Notes: generated by a model from the sequence alone, not told the origin. A DNA stretch of 64,000 nucleotides from Candidatus Bathyarchaeota archaeon (GCA_963828195.1 CAWHDT010000001.1:256001-320000); one strand, 5' to 3'; numbered from the stretch's first letter, positions 10,371 through 21,219 are shown. A program made the numbers and translations.

Positions 10371-10532
10371 TTATTTTGATTGTACACGTTTAACTACGGG
10401 AGGTTTAACTTTTTTCAGAATCCTGTAGCCGCAGATGATGCATTTGGTTTCTCCGCCTCGTAGTTCTAATTCCTCTGACGGCACTCTTGCCCCGCATCTC
10501 ATGCATTCATATACAATTCCTGACTTTTCCAT
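10371..10532 (-). CDS. rpoP: DNA-directed RNA polymerase subunit P (Rpo12)
   Basis: Hand translation MEKSGIVYECMRCGARVPSEELELRGGETKCIICGYRILKKVKPPVVKRVQSK; Y.C..CG and C..CGYRIL.K zinc ribbon; 53 aa, below the ORF-track cutoff. Confidence 0.93.
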   Translation of the reverse strand: MEKSGIVYECMRCGARVPSEELELRGGETKCIICGYRILKKVKPPVVKRVQSK

Positions 10533-10611
10533 TAGAAACGCCTCTTCCTACAAAGAAAAGTATTTTGCTTTTAAACATTTCCAATATCTTGCTACTAATG
10601 AGGATACAAAC

Positions 10612-11478
10612 TTGCGAAAAAGACTTCGAAAAAAACTCTCAGCCACCCTATCTTCAGCAGAGTCAAACCTGATTTACAGCTCTTTTGACTTAATAGGCGA
10701 TATAGCAATAATTAAAGTGCCAACCGTCAATAGCATCGACGCCGAAAAAGTGGCAAACCAAATAATGGCTGTCCACAAGAGTGTGAAAACAGTTTTTACC
10801 CCAACTAGTCACATTTCGGGTGATTTCAGGGTTAGAAAACTAAGATTGATTGCAGGCGAAGACAAAACAAAAACCAAACATAAAGAGTCAGGCTGCGTTT
10901 TTGCGGTTGATGTCGGAAAATGTTATTTTTCACCTAGACTTTCCCATGAGCGATCACGAATTGCACGCTTGGTAGGGGACGGCGAAACGGTTGTTAACAT
11001 GTTTTCAGGCGTCGGCTGCTTTAGCATACTGATTGCTAAAACGGTCGGCAAAACCAAGGTGTTCTCGATTGATGTTAACCCAATCGCAGTTCAATTTATG
11101 GAGGAGAATGTTAGGGTCAACAGGGTTTACGGTAAAGTAGTTCCTTTGCTTGGCGACTCAAAAGACATTATTAATGCCCGACTGCAAGGTCAAGCTGACC
11201 GCGTCTTGATGCCCTTACCTGAAAAAGCCCTTGAATATCTGCCTTATGCGGTTTCAGCACTTAAGAAATCAGGCGGTTGGATCCACTACTATGATTTTCA
11301 ACATGCAGCAGGCGGCGAAAAACCCGTTGAAAAAACCAAGTTGAAGGTCGCCCAAAAACTTGACAGCCTCGGCGTGGGTTACGTTTTTTCATTTTCTCGT
11401 GTGGTTCGAAGCATAGGTCCTAATTGGTACCAAACTGTCCTCGATATACAGATCACTTATTTGCCAAGCAAGTTTTAA
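10612..11478 (+). CDS. Trm5/Taw2-family (Met-10+) SAM-dependent tRNA-37 methyltransferase
   Basis: FDLIGDIAI, HKESGC.F.VD...YFSPRL..ER.RI, MFSGVG, DVNP.A; start moved to TTG 10612 because the longer ORF overlaps rpoP. Confidence 0.88.
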   Translation: MRKRLRKKLSATLSSAESNLIYSSFDLIGDIAIIKVPTVNSIDAEKVANQIMAVHKSVKTVFTPTSHISGDFRVRKLRLIAGEDKTKTKHKESGCVFAVDVGKCYFSPRLSHERSRIARLVGDGETVVNMFSGVGCFSILIAKTVGKTKVFSIDVNPIAVQFMEENVRVNRVYGKVVPLLGDSKDIINARLQGQADRVLMPLPEKALEYLPYAVSALKKSGGWIHYYDFQHAAGGEKPVEKTKLKVAQKLDSLGVGYVFSFSRVVRSIGPNWYQTVLDIQITYLPSKF

Positions 11479-11515
11479 GTATCTTAACGGTTAATTATCT
11501 ATTTTGTGAGGAAAA

Positions 11516-11794
11516 ATGAAGCGAAAATTAATGGAAATCTTGGCTTGCCCCATAGATAAGTATCATCCACTTGAACTTCACGTTTTCGAAGAAAAAGACG
11601 AAATAGTGGAAGGCTTAATTGTTTGCCCCAAATGTTTACGCTGGTACCCTATACGCGACGAAATTCCAGAAATGTTGCCTGATGAGTTAAGAAAGGAATC
11701 TGAAGATCTGCCTTTCTTGAAGAAATGGAAGGAAAAAGTTCCTGAAAAAATTGTTGCTGAAGGAAAACCCTTCAACCTGAAGCCGCAAGCCTAG
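11516..11794 (+). CDS. trm112: Trm112-family methyltransferase activator
   Basis: LMEILACPIDK..L.L, G.IVCPKC.RWYPI.DEIP.ML. Confidence 0.9.
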   Translation: MKRKLMEILACPIDKYHPLELHVFEEKDEIVEGLIVCPKCLRWYPIRDEIPEMLPDELRKESEDLPFLKKWKEKVPEKIVAEGKPFNLKPQA

Positions 11795-12741
11795 TTTTTT
11801 AGGTTTACAGCCAAATTTTTAGCTGACGACTGCGTAGCCGCTTCAGCTATCTGCAATGCTTTTATGCCGTCAACTCCTGTTATCAACGGTTTCTTCTTCT
11901 CTGTTACGCACTGCGCGAAGTGGTCAAGTTCGACCTTCAATGGTTCCACGCTGGGCTGTCTCGGCTGCACCGTCTGCGTTTGCTGTTCAATCCATAATTC
12001 CTGCGTGATATAATCTAGTTTCATTATGCCTTCAATGCCCGTTACCGTTAGCAATCTTGTTTTGTAGGGAGTTAGCCAGTTGGATTCAATAAAAGCGCTC
12101 TCGCCGTTTTCGTAAGTTAACATAATATGTGCGTAATCCTCAAATTTTTTGATGCGGCGACTGCCCATTTTAGCGTATACGGTTACTGGGTCTTGGCGCG
12201 AAATAAACCGCATAACATCAATGTCGTGAATAGCCGAGTCTTTGACAACTCCAACGTCGCCTATTCGCTCAGGCCATGGATTAACACGTTTTGAAGTAGC
12301 GCAAACCAAGTCGCCGACTTGCTTCTTTTCTATTGCGTCGCGAATAAACTGAACTCCCGGAATAAACCGCGTCAAAAAACCCACAGTTAAATGCAGCCCG
12401 TTCTGTTTGGCAAGTTCATAGAGTTCTTGCGCTTGCTTAGAGTTCGTAGCCATAGGTTTTTCGACAAGCACATGTTTGCCCGCGTTAAGCGCTTTTAAGG
12501 CTTCTTCCGCTAAGAAAGTTGACCACGTGCAAACGCTTACCGCTTGAATATCCTTGTCCTTGAGCATTTGCGTGCTATCAGTGTACGCTTTAACGCAAAA
12601 TTGCTGAGCAACTGCATTTGCTTTTTCAGGGTTAACATCGCAGACGGCAACCAGTTCGGTTGAGGGCAGTTCCTTGTAGATTCTAGCATGGTTTTTTCCC
12701 CAAAAACCTGTGCCAATCACCGCTACTCCAAGTTTCTTCAT
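11791..12741 (-). CDS. Gfo/Idh/MocA oxidoreductase (UDP-HexNAc 3-dehydrogenase-like)
   Basis: GTGFWG, GKHVLVEKP, DSAIHDID. Confidence 0.88.
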   Translation of the reverse strand: MKKLGVAVIGTGFWGKNHARIYKELPSTELVAVCDVNPEKANAVAQQFCVKAYTDSTQMLKDKDIQAVSVCTWSTFLAEEALKALNAGKHVLVEKPMATNSKQAQELYELAKQNGLHLTVGFLTRFIPGVQFIRDAIEKKQVGDLVCATSKRVNPWPERIGDVGVVKDSAIHDIDVMRFISRQDPVTVYAKMGSRRIKKFEDYAHIMLTYENGESAFIESNWLTPYKTRLLTVTGIEGIMKLDYITQELWIEQQTQTVQPRQPSVEPLKVELDHFAQCVTEKKKPLITGVDGIKALQIAEAATQSSAKNLAVNLKN

Positions 12742-12743
12742 AT

Positions 12744-14102
12744 TTATCCGTTTCCTCTTCCTAATCCACGGTATATGAAGCCTTCCCTTTCAACTTCTTT
12801 CGGGTCAAAGGCACCTGCCAAATCCACAATTACTGAAGGTGTCTTCGTCAATGGTTTAAGTTTACGCAGGTTTAAATGTTTAAACTGTTCCTCTCCGGTT
12901 AGCACCACTATGCAGTCTGCGCCTTCCAATGCCTCATTCAAGCTTGTCTTCACAATTCCGGAATCTGCTGTGTCTCTTTTTGACGCTGGGTCATAGAGGC
13001 TCGCTTTAGCGCCCTTCAACTCCAGCATTTTTACAAAAACGACTGTAGCAGTGCTTGGATTAACTGTACCTAAAACAGCAATCCTTGCTCTTCTCAACGT
13101 TTTGCCGCAGCTCCGCAGAGCATCTTGGGTTAAATTTACTGCGTGTTTAACCATATCCTCGTTTATTTGCCTAGCCAACGTTGGGAGCCTGAGTTTAACA
13201 TTCAAGTTTTCCGCGCTTTCAAGCAGAAGATAAGCCACGTTTTTGTTCTCTTCCCCAACGGTTGTGGGCCAAAAACTCGGGTCTTTAAACTCCAACAATT
13301 TTAAAACTTCAAAGTAGTCAATGTTTGCGCTTTCACAGAAAACTGCCAACTCACTTGCTAACGCCGTATTCGCCTCCTGTTTTGCCGCCTTAAACAGCGC
13401 CGCTATTTCCGCTGTTTTAACGTCGTTTATTTGTTTAACGTTTGAGGCTATAGTTTTTATGACGTTTAATGCGGCATCTTGGTCGGGTTTACCGATTGAA
13501 GCAGCCTTCAACTCCAAATTGGCTAATGTCTCAACTGGCTTAACACCTAAGTTATGAATCGGAATGTATGCTAAAGCGAAATCCTGACCTACCTTTAGCC
13601 CCGAGGTGTTCTCCAATGTTTCTTTCATTATTCCTTCAGTAAAACCCAAACCCGCAACATCACCATAAATAACCAAAGTGCCCGAATGGAGTGCAGAGCC
13701 CACTTGCTTACAAGCGTTTAAAGTTTCTGAATGATCAATTTTTTTCTTGTCATCAACCTTTGCCGGGACAGTTATGATAATGATATCGCTTCGGGAAACG
13801 GTTTTTTTAAACTCGCTCGTAACGTCCAATTGACCTGTGTTGATTAAGCCTTTCAGTTTACTTTCCATCTCTTGCTCAGAAAAGGACGTTTTTCCTTTTG
13901 CCAATTTTTTTATTAAACTCGGGTCAGAATCTAAGCAGGCAACTTTAAAGCCGGCGTCAGCAAAGGCGAAAGCATAGAGGATTCCTTTTTGTCCGCATCC
14001 GACAACGCTAACAATGTACTTTGACCTTTTTTCTTTTGTATCAATTTCTTCTGGTTTCAGGTTTAGAACGTTGGGCATTCGCAGGTTTTCTCCAAAGCGC
14101 AA
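12744..14102 (-). CDS. UDP-sugar 6-dehydrogenase (WecC/Ugd)-like protein with a degenerate active site
   Basis: Rossmann GCGQKG, LENTSGLKVG.DF.LAY, ARQINEDM; lacks the GG.C and AE..K motifs. Confidence 0.75.
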   Translation of the reverse strand: MRFGENLRMPNVLNLKPEEIDTKEKRSKYIVSVVGCGQKGILYAFAFADAGFKVACLDSDPSLIKKLAKGKTSFSEQEMESKLKGLINTGQLDVTSEFKKTVSRSDIIIITVPAKVDDKKKIDHSETLNACKQVGSALHSGTLVIYGDVAGLGFTEGIMKETLENTSGLKVGQDFALAYIPIHNLGVKPVETLANLELKAASIGKPDQDAALNVIKTIASNVKQINDVKTAEIAALFKAAKQEANTALASELAVFCESANIDYFEVLKLLEFKDPSFWPTTVGEENKNVAYLLLESAENLNVKLRLPTLARQINEDMVKHAVNLTQDALRSCGKTLRRARIAVLGTVNPSTATVVFVKMLELKGAKASLYDPASKRDTADSGIVKTSLNEALEGADCIVVLTGEEQFKHLNLRKLKPLTKTPSVIVDLAGAFDPKEVEREGFIYRGLGRGNG

Positions 14103-14110
14103 TAGGTTTG

Positions 14111-15478
14111 TTATATGGTTTCAAGGATTTTTTTAAGCCGTGAACTGTAGTCCGCAACTAGCTTTAATGCTTTTTCTTGGTCTTTCGCTTCAGCATATAA
14201 CCTAAACACGGGTTCTGTGCCGCTTGGTCTAATCAGGATGGCGCTGTTGTCGCTAAACCAAACTTTTACGCCATCAATTGTGCTGATATTTTCGTTTTTT
14301 ACCTGCTCATACAGTTTTTGCATCAACAGTTCCTTTTTATCGTTTGGGCAATCAATTTTTCCTTTTTCGATAAAGTATTGCGGTTGTTCAGCCACAAGCA
14401 TGGAAAGTTTTTTTCCCGTTTCAGCCATGGTATTCAATATTAGAGCGGTTGTCATCGTTCCATCCCGAACTGCCTGATGCGGACCATAGAAAATTCCGCC
14501 GTTTTCTTCCCCGCCCAGTTTGGCATCTAATTCTTTCATTTTCTGAGAAACTGTGACACTTCCAACTTTAGTCCAGACAAGCTCTCCCTTGTAAGCCTCT
14601 ACTGTATCTTTGATTAAAGTTGAAGAACTTACAGGCGTTACTATTGTGGCACCGGGGTTTTTGGTCAAGTACTGTTTTATTATTACCGCGAAGGTTTTGT
14701 CTCCCCAGTAAATCACGCCGTTCTCATCAACGAAAATGGACCTGTCAGCGTCCCCATCAAACGCCACGCCTAAGTCAGCTCCAAGCGCCTTAACAGTTAA
14801 AGCTAAATCATTAAGGTCCTCAGGTCTGGGTTCGGGTAAACGTCCTGGGAAAGTGCCGTCAATGTTTGCGTTGATAGTAGTTATTTTGCAGTCAAGATCC
14901 CGCAACATCGGCGGCGCCGTGAGACCTCCAACGCTATTAGCTGCGTCCACCACGACATGAAAGCGTTTTTCGGCGATTTTTTGAGAGTTAACTTGTTTTT
15001 TTATTGCTTCAACGTATTCATCGTTGATTCCAGTCAGTTCCCGCAGTGTTCCAAGATTATTCCATTCTGCCAAAACTGCTTTGTTTTCAAAATAAATCTT
15101 CTCTATTTCAGCTTCCTGCTCATGAGATGTTTCGATGCCGTCGCTCCAAATCACTTTTATGCCGTTGTACTGAGGCGGATTATGCGACGCAGTAATTATT
15201 ACTCCTCCATCCATCTTGTGATTTTTAACGGCGAACTGAAGTGCGGGCGTTGGAGCCATCCCGCCGAAAAACACGTGGCACCCAGCAGCTGTTAAACCCG
15301 AAATTACCGCTTTAGCAAACATTGGTCCACTGGTTCTAGCATCATATCCTAATAGCAAATTTTTTCTTCCAAAAAAAGTTCCGATTGCACAGCCAACTTT
15401 TACAGCCATTTCAGGCGTCAACTCTACGTTGACTAAACCTCTAATTCCGTTTGTTCCAAAAAGCTTTTGTTCGCTCAT
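14111..15478 (-). CDS. glmM: Phosphoglucosamine mutase / phosphomannomutase
   Basis: LFGTNGIRG, ITASHNP, FDGDADR, GGEENG, RPSGTEP. Confidence 0.92.
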   Translation of the reverse strand: MSEQKLFGTNGIRGLVNVELTPEMAVKVGCAIGTFFGRKNLLLGYDARTSGPMFAKAVISGLTAAGCHVFFGGMAPTPALQFAVKNHKMDGGVIITASHNPPQYNGIKVIWSDGIETSHEQEAEIEKIYFENKAVLAEWNNLGTLRELTGINDEYVEAIKKQVNSQKIAEKRFHVVVDAANSVGGLTAPPMLRDLDCKITTINANIDGTFPGRLPEPRPEDLNDLALTVKALGADLGVAFDGDADRSIFVDENGVIYWGDKTFAVIIKQYLTKNPGATIVTPVSSSTLIKDTVEAYKGELVWTKVGSVTVSQKMKELDAKLGGEENGGIFYGPHQAVRDGTMTTALILNTMAETGKKLSMLVAEQPQYFIEKGKIDCPNDKKELLMQKLYEQVKNENISTIDGVKVWFSDNSAILIRPSGTEPVFRLYAEAKDQEKALKLVADYSSRLKKILETI

Positions 15479-15501
15479 AAATTTTGCCTCTTGCTGATTA
15501 T

Positions 15502-16593
15502 CTAACAGTGAATCTTGGGTTTTAAAACGTTTTCAGCCACTTCTTTACCTGGGCAAACCTTACCTGAAAGTTCTAGTTTATCCCTAACTTTTACGTGGTC
15601 CCCGATAATACAGCCGCCGCTGATTTTCACCTGTTTTCCGATACGGGCTCCTTCTCCAATTATCGCTCCATCTATGGAGGCGAAGTCCTCAATCCTCACA
15701 CTGGGAAAAACAACTGAGTTGCTAACACACGCGTTTTTGCCCACCGTTACATCTTTTCCCAAAATCGCATATGGACCAATAACAGAGTTGTCACCTAAGA
15801 TTACTCCTTTGTCAAATGCAACGGGGTCTTTGATTTCTAAATTCTTTGTTTTTTTATGTTTCAACGTGTTGCTTAAGGAATCAAGTATTATTTTGTTTGT
15901 TTCCAAATATTCTTCCGGTTTGCCTATATCCATCCATAATCCGCTGACGAAGTGACCGTAGAGTCTTCCTTCTTCGGCCAGTTTGGGGAAAACCTCACGT
16001 TCCATGGAAACTGATCTTCCACGGGGAATATAATCGAAGACTTTGGGGCTTAGAACGTAGACTCCTGCGTTTATGAGGTTGCTGGGCGCTTTATCCTTTG
16101 GAGGCTTTTCAATGAACCTTTTTATGCAGTTGCCATTCACTATTTCCGCTACACCGTATCTGTAGGGATCTTCAACTTTGCAAAGCGCAATTGTTGCTAA
16201 CGCCTTATTTTTAATGTGCGCCTCCAGAAGTTCTCTGTAGCTTAAATCCGCAAAAATGTCCCCGTTTAAAACAATAAACGGCTCATCGTGGCCTAAGAAT
16301 TTCTCAGCTTTTTTTACGGGCCCCGCCGTTCCCAACGGCATTTTTGGGGGGTCAATTGAAAACTTTATTTTTAACCCATGCCTATGCAGACGCTGCTGTT
16401 TGATATAAAATTGCGTCAACGCATTAACAGCCAGTATAGCTTCTTCAACACCGCTGGAAGATAATCTTTCAAAAATCCATTCAAGTAATGGCTTGTTAAC
16501 TATTGGGAAAAGAGTTTTGGGCCTAGAGCAACTTAATGGTCGAAGCCTTGTTGCGAAGCCGCCTGCTAAGATCAACGCTTTCAGGGTTGTCAC
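15502..16593 (-). CDS. NDP-sugar pyrophosphorylase (mannose-1-phosphate guanylyltransferase-like)
   Basis: LAGGFATRLRPL...PK, LGTAG, NGD, WMDIG, C-terminal hexapeptide repeats. Confidence 0.9.
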   Translation of the reverse strand: MTTLKALILAGGFATRLRPLSCSRPKTLFPIVNKPLLEWIFERLSSSGVEEAILAVNALTQFYIKQQRLHRHGLKIKFSIDPPKMPLGTAGPVKKAEKFLGHDEPFIVLNGDIFADLSYRELLEAHIKNKALATIALCKVEDPYRYGVAEIVNGNCIKRFIEKPPKDKAPSNLINAGVYVLSPKVFDYIPRGRSVSMEREVFPKLAEEGRLYGHFVSGLWMDIGKPEEYLETNKIILDSLSNTLKHKKTKNLEIKDPVAFDKGVILGDNSVIGPYAILGKDVTVGKNACVSNSVVFPSVRIEDFASIDGAIIGEGARIGKQVKISGGCIIGDHVKVRDKLELSGKVCPGKEVAENVLKPKIHC

Positions 16594-16655
16594 CTTTATT
16601 GAGAAGTAACGTATGAGTTGATTTTATATAAAGAATTATGGAGTTTTTCGGCGCT

Positions 16656-18206
16656 TTACTCCCACTCTATAGTTGCAGGCGGCTTATGAGTAATATCGTA
16701 AACCACTCGGGTAACCTGCGGAATCTCATTGGTGATTCTGGTCGAAATTTTTTCAAGAACGGGATACGGAATTTGCGCAAAGTTTGCGGTCATGGCTTCT
16801 CGACTTTCCGCAGCTCGAACCGCCACCACATATCCGTAAGCTCTTGAGTCCCCCTTGACCCCCGTCGCTTTCGTATCAGTCAAAACAGCAAAGTACTGCC
16901 ACAGATTCTCTTCTAAATGGTTTTTCTCGATTTCTTCGCGGACAATCGCGTCGGCTTTTTTTGCAACGCTTACTTTTTCTGCAGTTAATTCGCCTATTAT
17001 TCGAACTGCCAATCCCGGTCCAGGGAAAGGCTGCCGATTAACCAATTCTTTTGGTAAATCCAGCATTTGCGCTACTTTGCGCACTTCGTCTTTGTAGAGG
17101 TCTCGGAGGGGTTCAACTATTTTTTTGAATTTTATGTCAGTTGGCAATCCAGCGACGTTATGATGAGATTTTATCACATCTGAGTTCTTTCGGATACCCG
17201 ATTCAATCCGATCGGGGTAGATCGTGCCTTGAAGCAGATATTGCGCACCTGACTTCTCCGCGATTTCCTCAAAAACACGAATAAACTCTTCCCCAATGAC
17301 CTTACGTTTCCTTTCAGGGTCAGTTACCCCTTTGAGTTTCTGCATGAAGCGGTCCTGAGCGTTCGCCATCACGAAATTTATGGGGAATTTTTTGAATGTT
17401 TCACAGATGGCTTTCGGTTCTCCTTCACGCATGAACCCGTGGTTGACGAAGACTGCTGTGAGTTTGTTGCCTAACGCTTTGGCTGCAAGTGCCGTTGCAA
17501 CCGATGAGTCTATGCCCCCGCTTAAGCCGATGATGGCGTTGGCTGAGCCGACTTCCGTCTTGATTTCTTTAACCATCTTTTCTATGATGTCTTCTACTTT
17601 CCAGTTAGCTTCACACTTGCAGACTTCAAAAATGAAGTTGCGCAGCATGGCGGCGCCTTTTTCTGTGTGGATGACTTCAGGATGCCACTGTAAGCCATAA
17701 ATTGGTTTTTGCTTATGCCTAAAAGCGGCAACTGGGCAGTTTTCCGTGTGGGCAAGCGTCTCGAAATCTTGTGGCAAAGCGTAGACGGTGTCGCCGTGGC
17801 TCATCCAAACTTTCTCTTTTTCACTTAAACCCTCCAAGATGCCCACGGGCTTGTCAATGTCTACCTGCGTTATTCCGTATTCTTTGCAGGCTGCAGGCTT
17901 AACTTTTCCGTTAGTTAACTGAGCCAACAGTTGGTGTCCATAGCATAAACCTAAAATCGGCAAATTTATTTCTAAAATGCGGGGGTTAAGCTTTGGCGCG
18001 TTTGGTTCGTAAACGCTTGAGGGTCCTCCTGAAAGAATTAAGCCTTTAACATTGAATTTTTCGTTTAAAGCCTTAATTTCTTCGGGTGAAATGTCATGGG
18101 CAACTATTTCTGAGTAGACTCCGTTTTCTCTGATTCTTCTTCCTATAAGATGGCAGTATTGCCCCCCAAAATCTAAAACCAGTATAGTGTCATATTTTAC
18201 TTGCAT
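16656..18206 (-). CDS. guaA: GMP synthase (glutamine-hydrolyzing, fused)
   Basis: DFGGQY, GLCYGHQ, QWHPEV, SGGIDS, IKSHHN, KPPATIEWE. Confidence 0.97.
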   Translation of the reverse strand: MQVKYDTILVLDFGGQYCHLIGRRIRENGVYSEIVAHDISPEEIKALNEKFNVKGLILSGGPSSVYEPNAPKLNPRILEINLPILGLCYGHQLLAQLTNGKVKPAACKEYGITQVDIDKPVGILEGLSEKEKVWMSHGDTVYALPQDFETLAHTENCPVAAFRHKQKPIYGLQWHPEVIHTEKGAAMLRNFIFEVCKCEANWKVEDIIEKMVKEIKTEVGSANAIIGLSGGIDSSVATALAAKALGNKLTAVFVNHGFMREGEPKAICETFKKFPINFVMANAQDRFMQKLKGVTDPERKRKVIGEEFIRVFEEIAEKSGAQYLLQGTIYPDRIESGIRKNSDVIKSHHNVAGLPTDIKFKKIVEPLRDLYKDEVRKVAQMLDLPKELVNRQPFPGPGLAVRIIGELTAEKVSVAKKADAIVREEIEKNHLEENLWQYFAVLTDTKATGVKGDSRAYGYVVAVRAAESREAMTANFAQIPYPVLEKISTRITNEIPQVTRVVYDITHKPPATIEWE

Positions 18207-18403
18207 TGCGCGCTCAAATTATTGAGTTTAAGCTGCTGGTAATTTAAGATTGCTATCAGTTTCAAGTTAAAGGCAAAGAGGTTTTTTAAAATTAAAAGCG
18301 TTTTTCTCTTATTTTTAGCGTGCTTTCGTTGCAGGTAAAAGCTAAACTTTTATTAATATAATCATGTGATAATTAAAATAATGTTTCGAAAAAGTGGGTT
18401 TAA

Positions 18404-18874
18404 TTGGAAGAACGTGCAGAGGGTATATTTACGGATTTAAACGAAACCGATCTTAAAATCCTGAAAAGTCTCTTAGAAGATGCGAGATTTTCAAGTAGGC
18501 AAATAGCCAAAAACGTCGGTGTATCAGTTGGAACAGTTTTATCCAGAATTAAAAAAATGGAAGATGAAGGCCTCATCAAAGGCTACTCTGTTCAGCTGGA
18601 CCACGAAAAACTTGGTTACCAATTGACAGTTGTAACTGAAATCACAGTTTCTAAAGGCAGGCTCGTGGAAACTGAAAATGAAATAGCTAAAATCTCCAAT
18701 GTGTGCTGCGTCTACGACGTGACAGGCTTGACGGATGCCATTATTGTTGCAAAGTTTAAAAGCCGAGAGGACCTTGGGGGGTTCACTAAACGATTGTTAT
18801 CTCTGCCGTATATTGAGCGAACAAACACTCATGTAGTTTTGACTACGGTGAAGGAAAACTTCCGTCTGCTCTAA
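18404..18874 (+). CDS. Lrp/AsnC transcriptional regulator
   Basis: D.KIL..L.EDAR.S...IA..VGVS..TV..RIKKME..G.IKGY; C-terminal RAM domain. Confidence 0.93.
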   Translation: MEERAEGIFTDLNETDLKILKSLLEDARFSSRQIAKNVGVSVGTVLSRIKKMEDEGLIKGYSVQLDHEKLGYQLTVVTEITVSKGRLVETENEIAKISNVCCVYDVTGLTDAIIVAKFKSREDLGGFTKRLLSLPYIERTNTHVVLTTVKENFRLL

Positions 18875-19929
18875 CTTGTTTTTTCAGCATCACTTTCTTT
18901 TTTATAGTTCTGCTCTGGCGGCGCAATGCTTATTCTTGTCCCTGAAGCAACTGGAGAGGTTACCCATACGTTTCCGCCTATGACAACGTTATCGCCGATT
19001 ACTGCGTCTGGCCCCAGAAGGGTCGCGCCTGAATAGATAACCACGTTGCTTCCAACTGTCGGGTGCCTCTTTCTTCCTTTTATAATGTTTCCTTTCTCGT
19101 CTTTGGGGAAACTCAGCGCGCCCAAAGTCACGCCTTGGTAGAGCTTGACGTTGTCGCCGATTTCCGTGGTTTCTCCGATTACTACTCCGGTGCCATGATC
19201 AATGAAGAAGTTTTTGCCGATTTTTGCGCCCGGGTGAATATCTATGCCAGTTAAGGAATGAACATGTTCACTCATTATCCTTGGAATCAACGGAACACGG
19301 CTGACGTAGAGCTCGTGGGCTATCCTGTAAGTCGTTATCGCCAAAACGCATGGGTAACTGATAATGACCTCTTCCACGCTTATTGCTGCCGGATCCCCCG
19401 CGAAAGCACTTTGGATATCACTGCTTAACATTGATCTTATTTCAGGCAACTTTTCCAGCAGTTCTTTAACAACTACGTCGGCTCTCCTTTGGCACACGTC
19501 TTGGGGGCATCCATTCATTTTTCGGCAAATGTACTTGAGGCTTTTCGTAACTTCTTGGGTGAGTCGCGTGTGCACCGACGTTAAAGTGTTGCCAAGATAA
19601 TATTTTATATTGGCTTTTGTTATCTCTTCTTTGCCTAAGTAGCCTGGAAAAAGAATCGTGAACAAATCTTCCAGCACTTCAGTAACTACCTTCTTTGATG
19701 GCAGATCGCGTCCTTCAAGGTGATCCATGCCGCCGAAGGTATGATAATTCACCATCATTTCATCTACAAGCGCCGGCAAGCCTTTTTCAACCCAATCCTG
19801 CTCCACTTTATCATGGTTATGCATTAACGTGTCCAACATTTTATCTGGGTTCCAGCAGTCAATGTCTACATTTTTTTCTGCGCATTCTTTGCAGTCTTTC
19901 GGACGGAGCTGATTCGATTTCGACGCCAT
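18871..19929 (-). CDS. cysE: Serine O-acetyltransferase (long N-terminus type)
   Basis: [40 protein letters not shown]. Confidence 0.93.
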   Translation of the reverse strand: MASKSNQLRPKDCKECAEKNVDIDCWNPDKMLDTLMHNHDKVEQDWVEKGLPALVDEMMVNYHTFGGMDHLEGRDLPSKKVVTEVLEDLFTILFPGYLGKEEITKANIKYYLGNTLTSVHTRLTQEVTKSLKYICRKMNGCPQDVCQRRADVVVKELLEKLPEIRSMLSSDIQSAFAGDPAAISVEEVIISYPCVLAITTYRIAHELYVSRVPLIPRIMSEHVHSLTGIDIHPGAKIGKNFFIDHGTGVVIGETTEIGDNVKLYQGVTLGALSFPKDEKGNIIKGRKRHPTVGSNVVIYSGATLLGPDAVIGDNVVIGGNVWVTSPVASGTRISIAPPEQNYKKESDAEKTS

Positions 19930-19994
19930 TTTTACTTCCTCTTCTCATTATGCGGAAAGCAAGAATATAAGAGAAGCGTCTTTTTGGAGGCAAC

Positions 19995-20948
19995 TTAAAT
20001 GTTTGAGTTTGTACTTGGTGGCGGTTCTTGGAATAAAACTGTGCTAAGGTAGCGTTCGCCGGTGTCAGGGAGAATAACAACTATCAGTTTACCTTTGTTT
20101 TCGGATCGTTTGGCTATTTCTAAGGCTGCATAAGTTGCTGCTCCCGAGGATATGCCTGCGAGTAATCCCTCTTTTAGGACAAGTTGCCGTGCGGTTTGTA
20201 CAGCGTCATCGTCTTTTACTTTGAATATCTCATCCACCAAATCAAGTTTAAGTACGTCTGGTTTGAAGCCTGCGCCTATTCCCTGTATTTTATGTGGTCC
20301 TTTCTGGCCACCGCTTAGAACTGGCGAACCTGCCGGTTCAACTGCAACGGCTTTAAAGTCGGGTTTAAGCGGTTTTATGTATTCGGCTATGCCCGTTATT
20401 GTTCCACCCGTGCCAACACCCGCCACTAATATGTCCACTTTGCCGTCTGTATCACTCCAAATTTCAGGTCCAGTAGTTTCTCTGTGGACTTTGGGGTTAG
20501 CTAGGTTTTTGAATTGTTGTGGCATGAAGCTGTTGGATGTGTTTTGGGCGAGTTCTTCAGCTTTTTTGATGGCTCCACCCATGCCCTCTGGTCCGGGCGT
20601 AAGGACAAGTTGTGCTCCATAGGCTTTGAGTAGGCTGCGGCGCTCGACGCTCATGGTTTCTGGCATTGTAAGGATGAGTTTGTAGCCTTTTACGGCTGCC
20701 ACCATGGCTAAGCCGATGCCTGTGTTGCCGCTTGTCGGTTCAATGATGGTGGTGTCTGGTTTGATTAAGCCTTGTTTTTCTGCTTCAACCATCATGCTTT
20801 GGCATATGCGGTCTTTTACGCTTCCGCCTGGGTTTCTCGATTCAAGTTTAGCTACAACAATGGCGTTTGTGCCTTGGGTTAACCGATTTAATTTTATTAA
20901 CGGGGTTTTGCCTATGGTTTCAAGAACGTTGTTGTATATTTTTGTCAC
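19995..20948 (-). CDS. cysK: Cysteine synthase A
   Basis: [40 protein letters not shown]. Confidence 0.96.
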   Translation of the reverse strand: MTKIYNNVLETIGKTPLIKLNRLTQGTNAIVVAKLESRNPGGSVKDRICQSMMVEAEKQGLIKPDTTIIEPTSGNTGIGLAMVAAVKGYKLILTMPETMSVERRSLLKAYGAQLVLTPGPEGMGGAIKKAEELAQNTSNSFMPQQFKNLANPKVHRETTGPEIWSDTDGKVDILVAGVGTGGTITGIAEYIKPLKPDFKAVAVEPAGSPVLSGGQKGPHKIQGIGAGFKPDVLKLDLVDEIFKVKDDDAVQTARQLVLKEGLLAGISSGAATYAALEIAKRSENKGKLIVVILPDTGERYLSTVLFQEPPPSTNSNI

Positions 20949-21134
20949 GTTAATACCTCTGTTATAACACTGTTATATTCAGCGGGGAATAAATCCCTTT
21001 CCTACACAAAACATTCAGAACTTTCAAAGTAATAAACAAACCTAACCGCGAACACATCAACACGCAAAGTAAAGTCTTTAAATGTCCAACCTAATTCTAT
21101 ATTCCGCACCGCCTCAAAAAGCAAAAACATGATT

Positions 21135-21219
21135 GCGGAGGTCGCCCAGCATGGTCAAAGGCGTAGGACTGAGGCTCCTATCCCGCAGGGGTTCGTGGGT
21201 TCAAATCCCACCCTCCGCA
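21135..21219 (+). tRNA. tRNA-Leu(GAG)
   Basis: Acceptor GCGGAGG/CCTCCGC, anticodon arm TAGGA-CTGAGGC-TCCTA, long variable arm, GGTTCAAATCC T-loop; TTTAAA box upstream. Confidence 0.95.

Noticed and set aside
10990-11000. Trm5-like VVNMF instead of VVDMF
   Set aside because: The codon context is GTT AAC, not GTC AAC, and Asn is plausible natural variation, so it was not counted in the Asp-to-Asn pattern.
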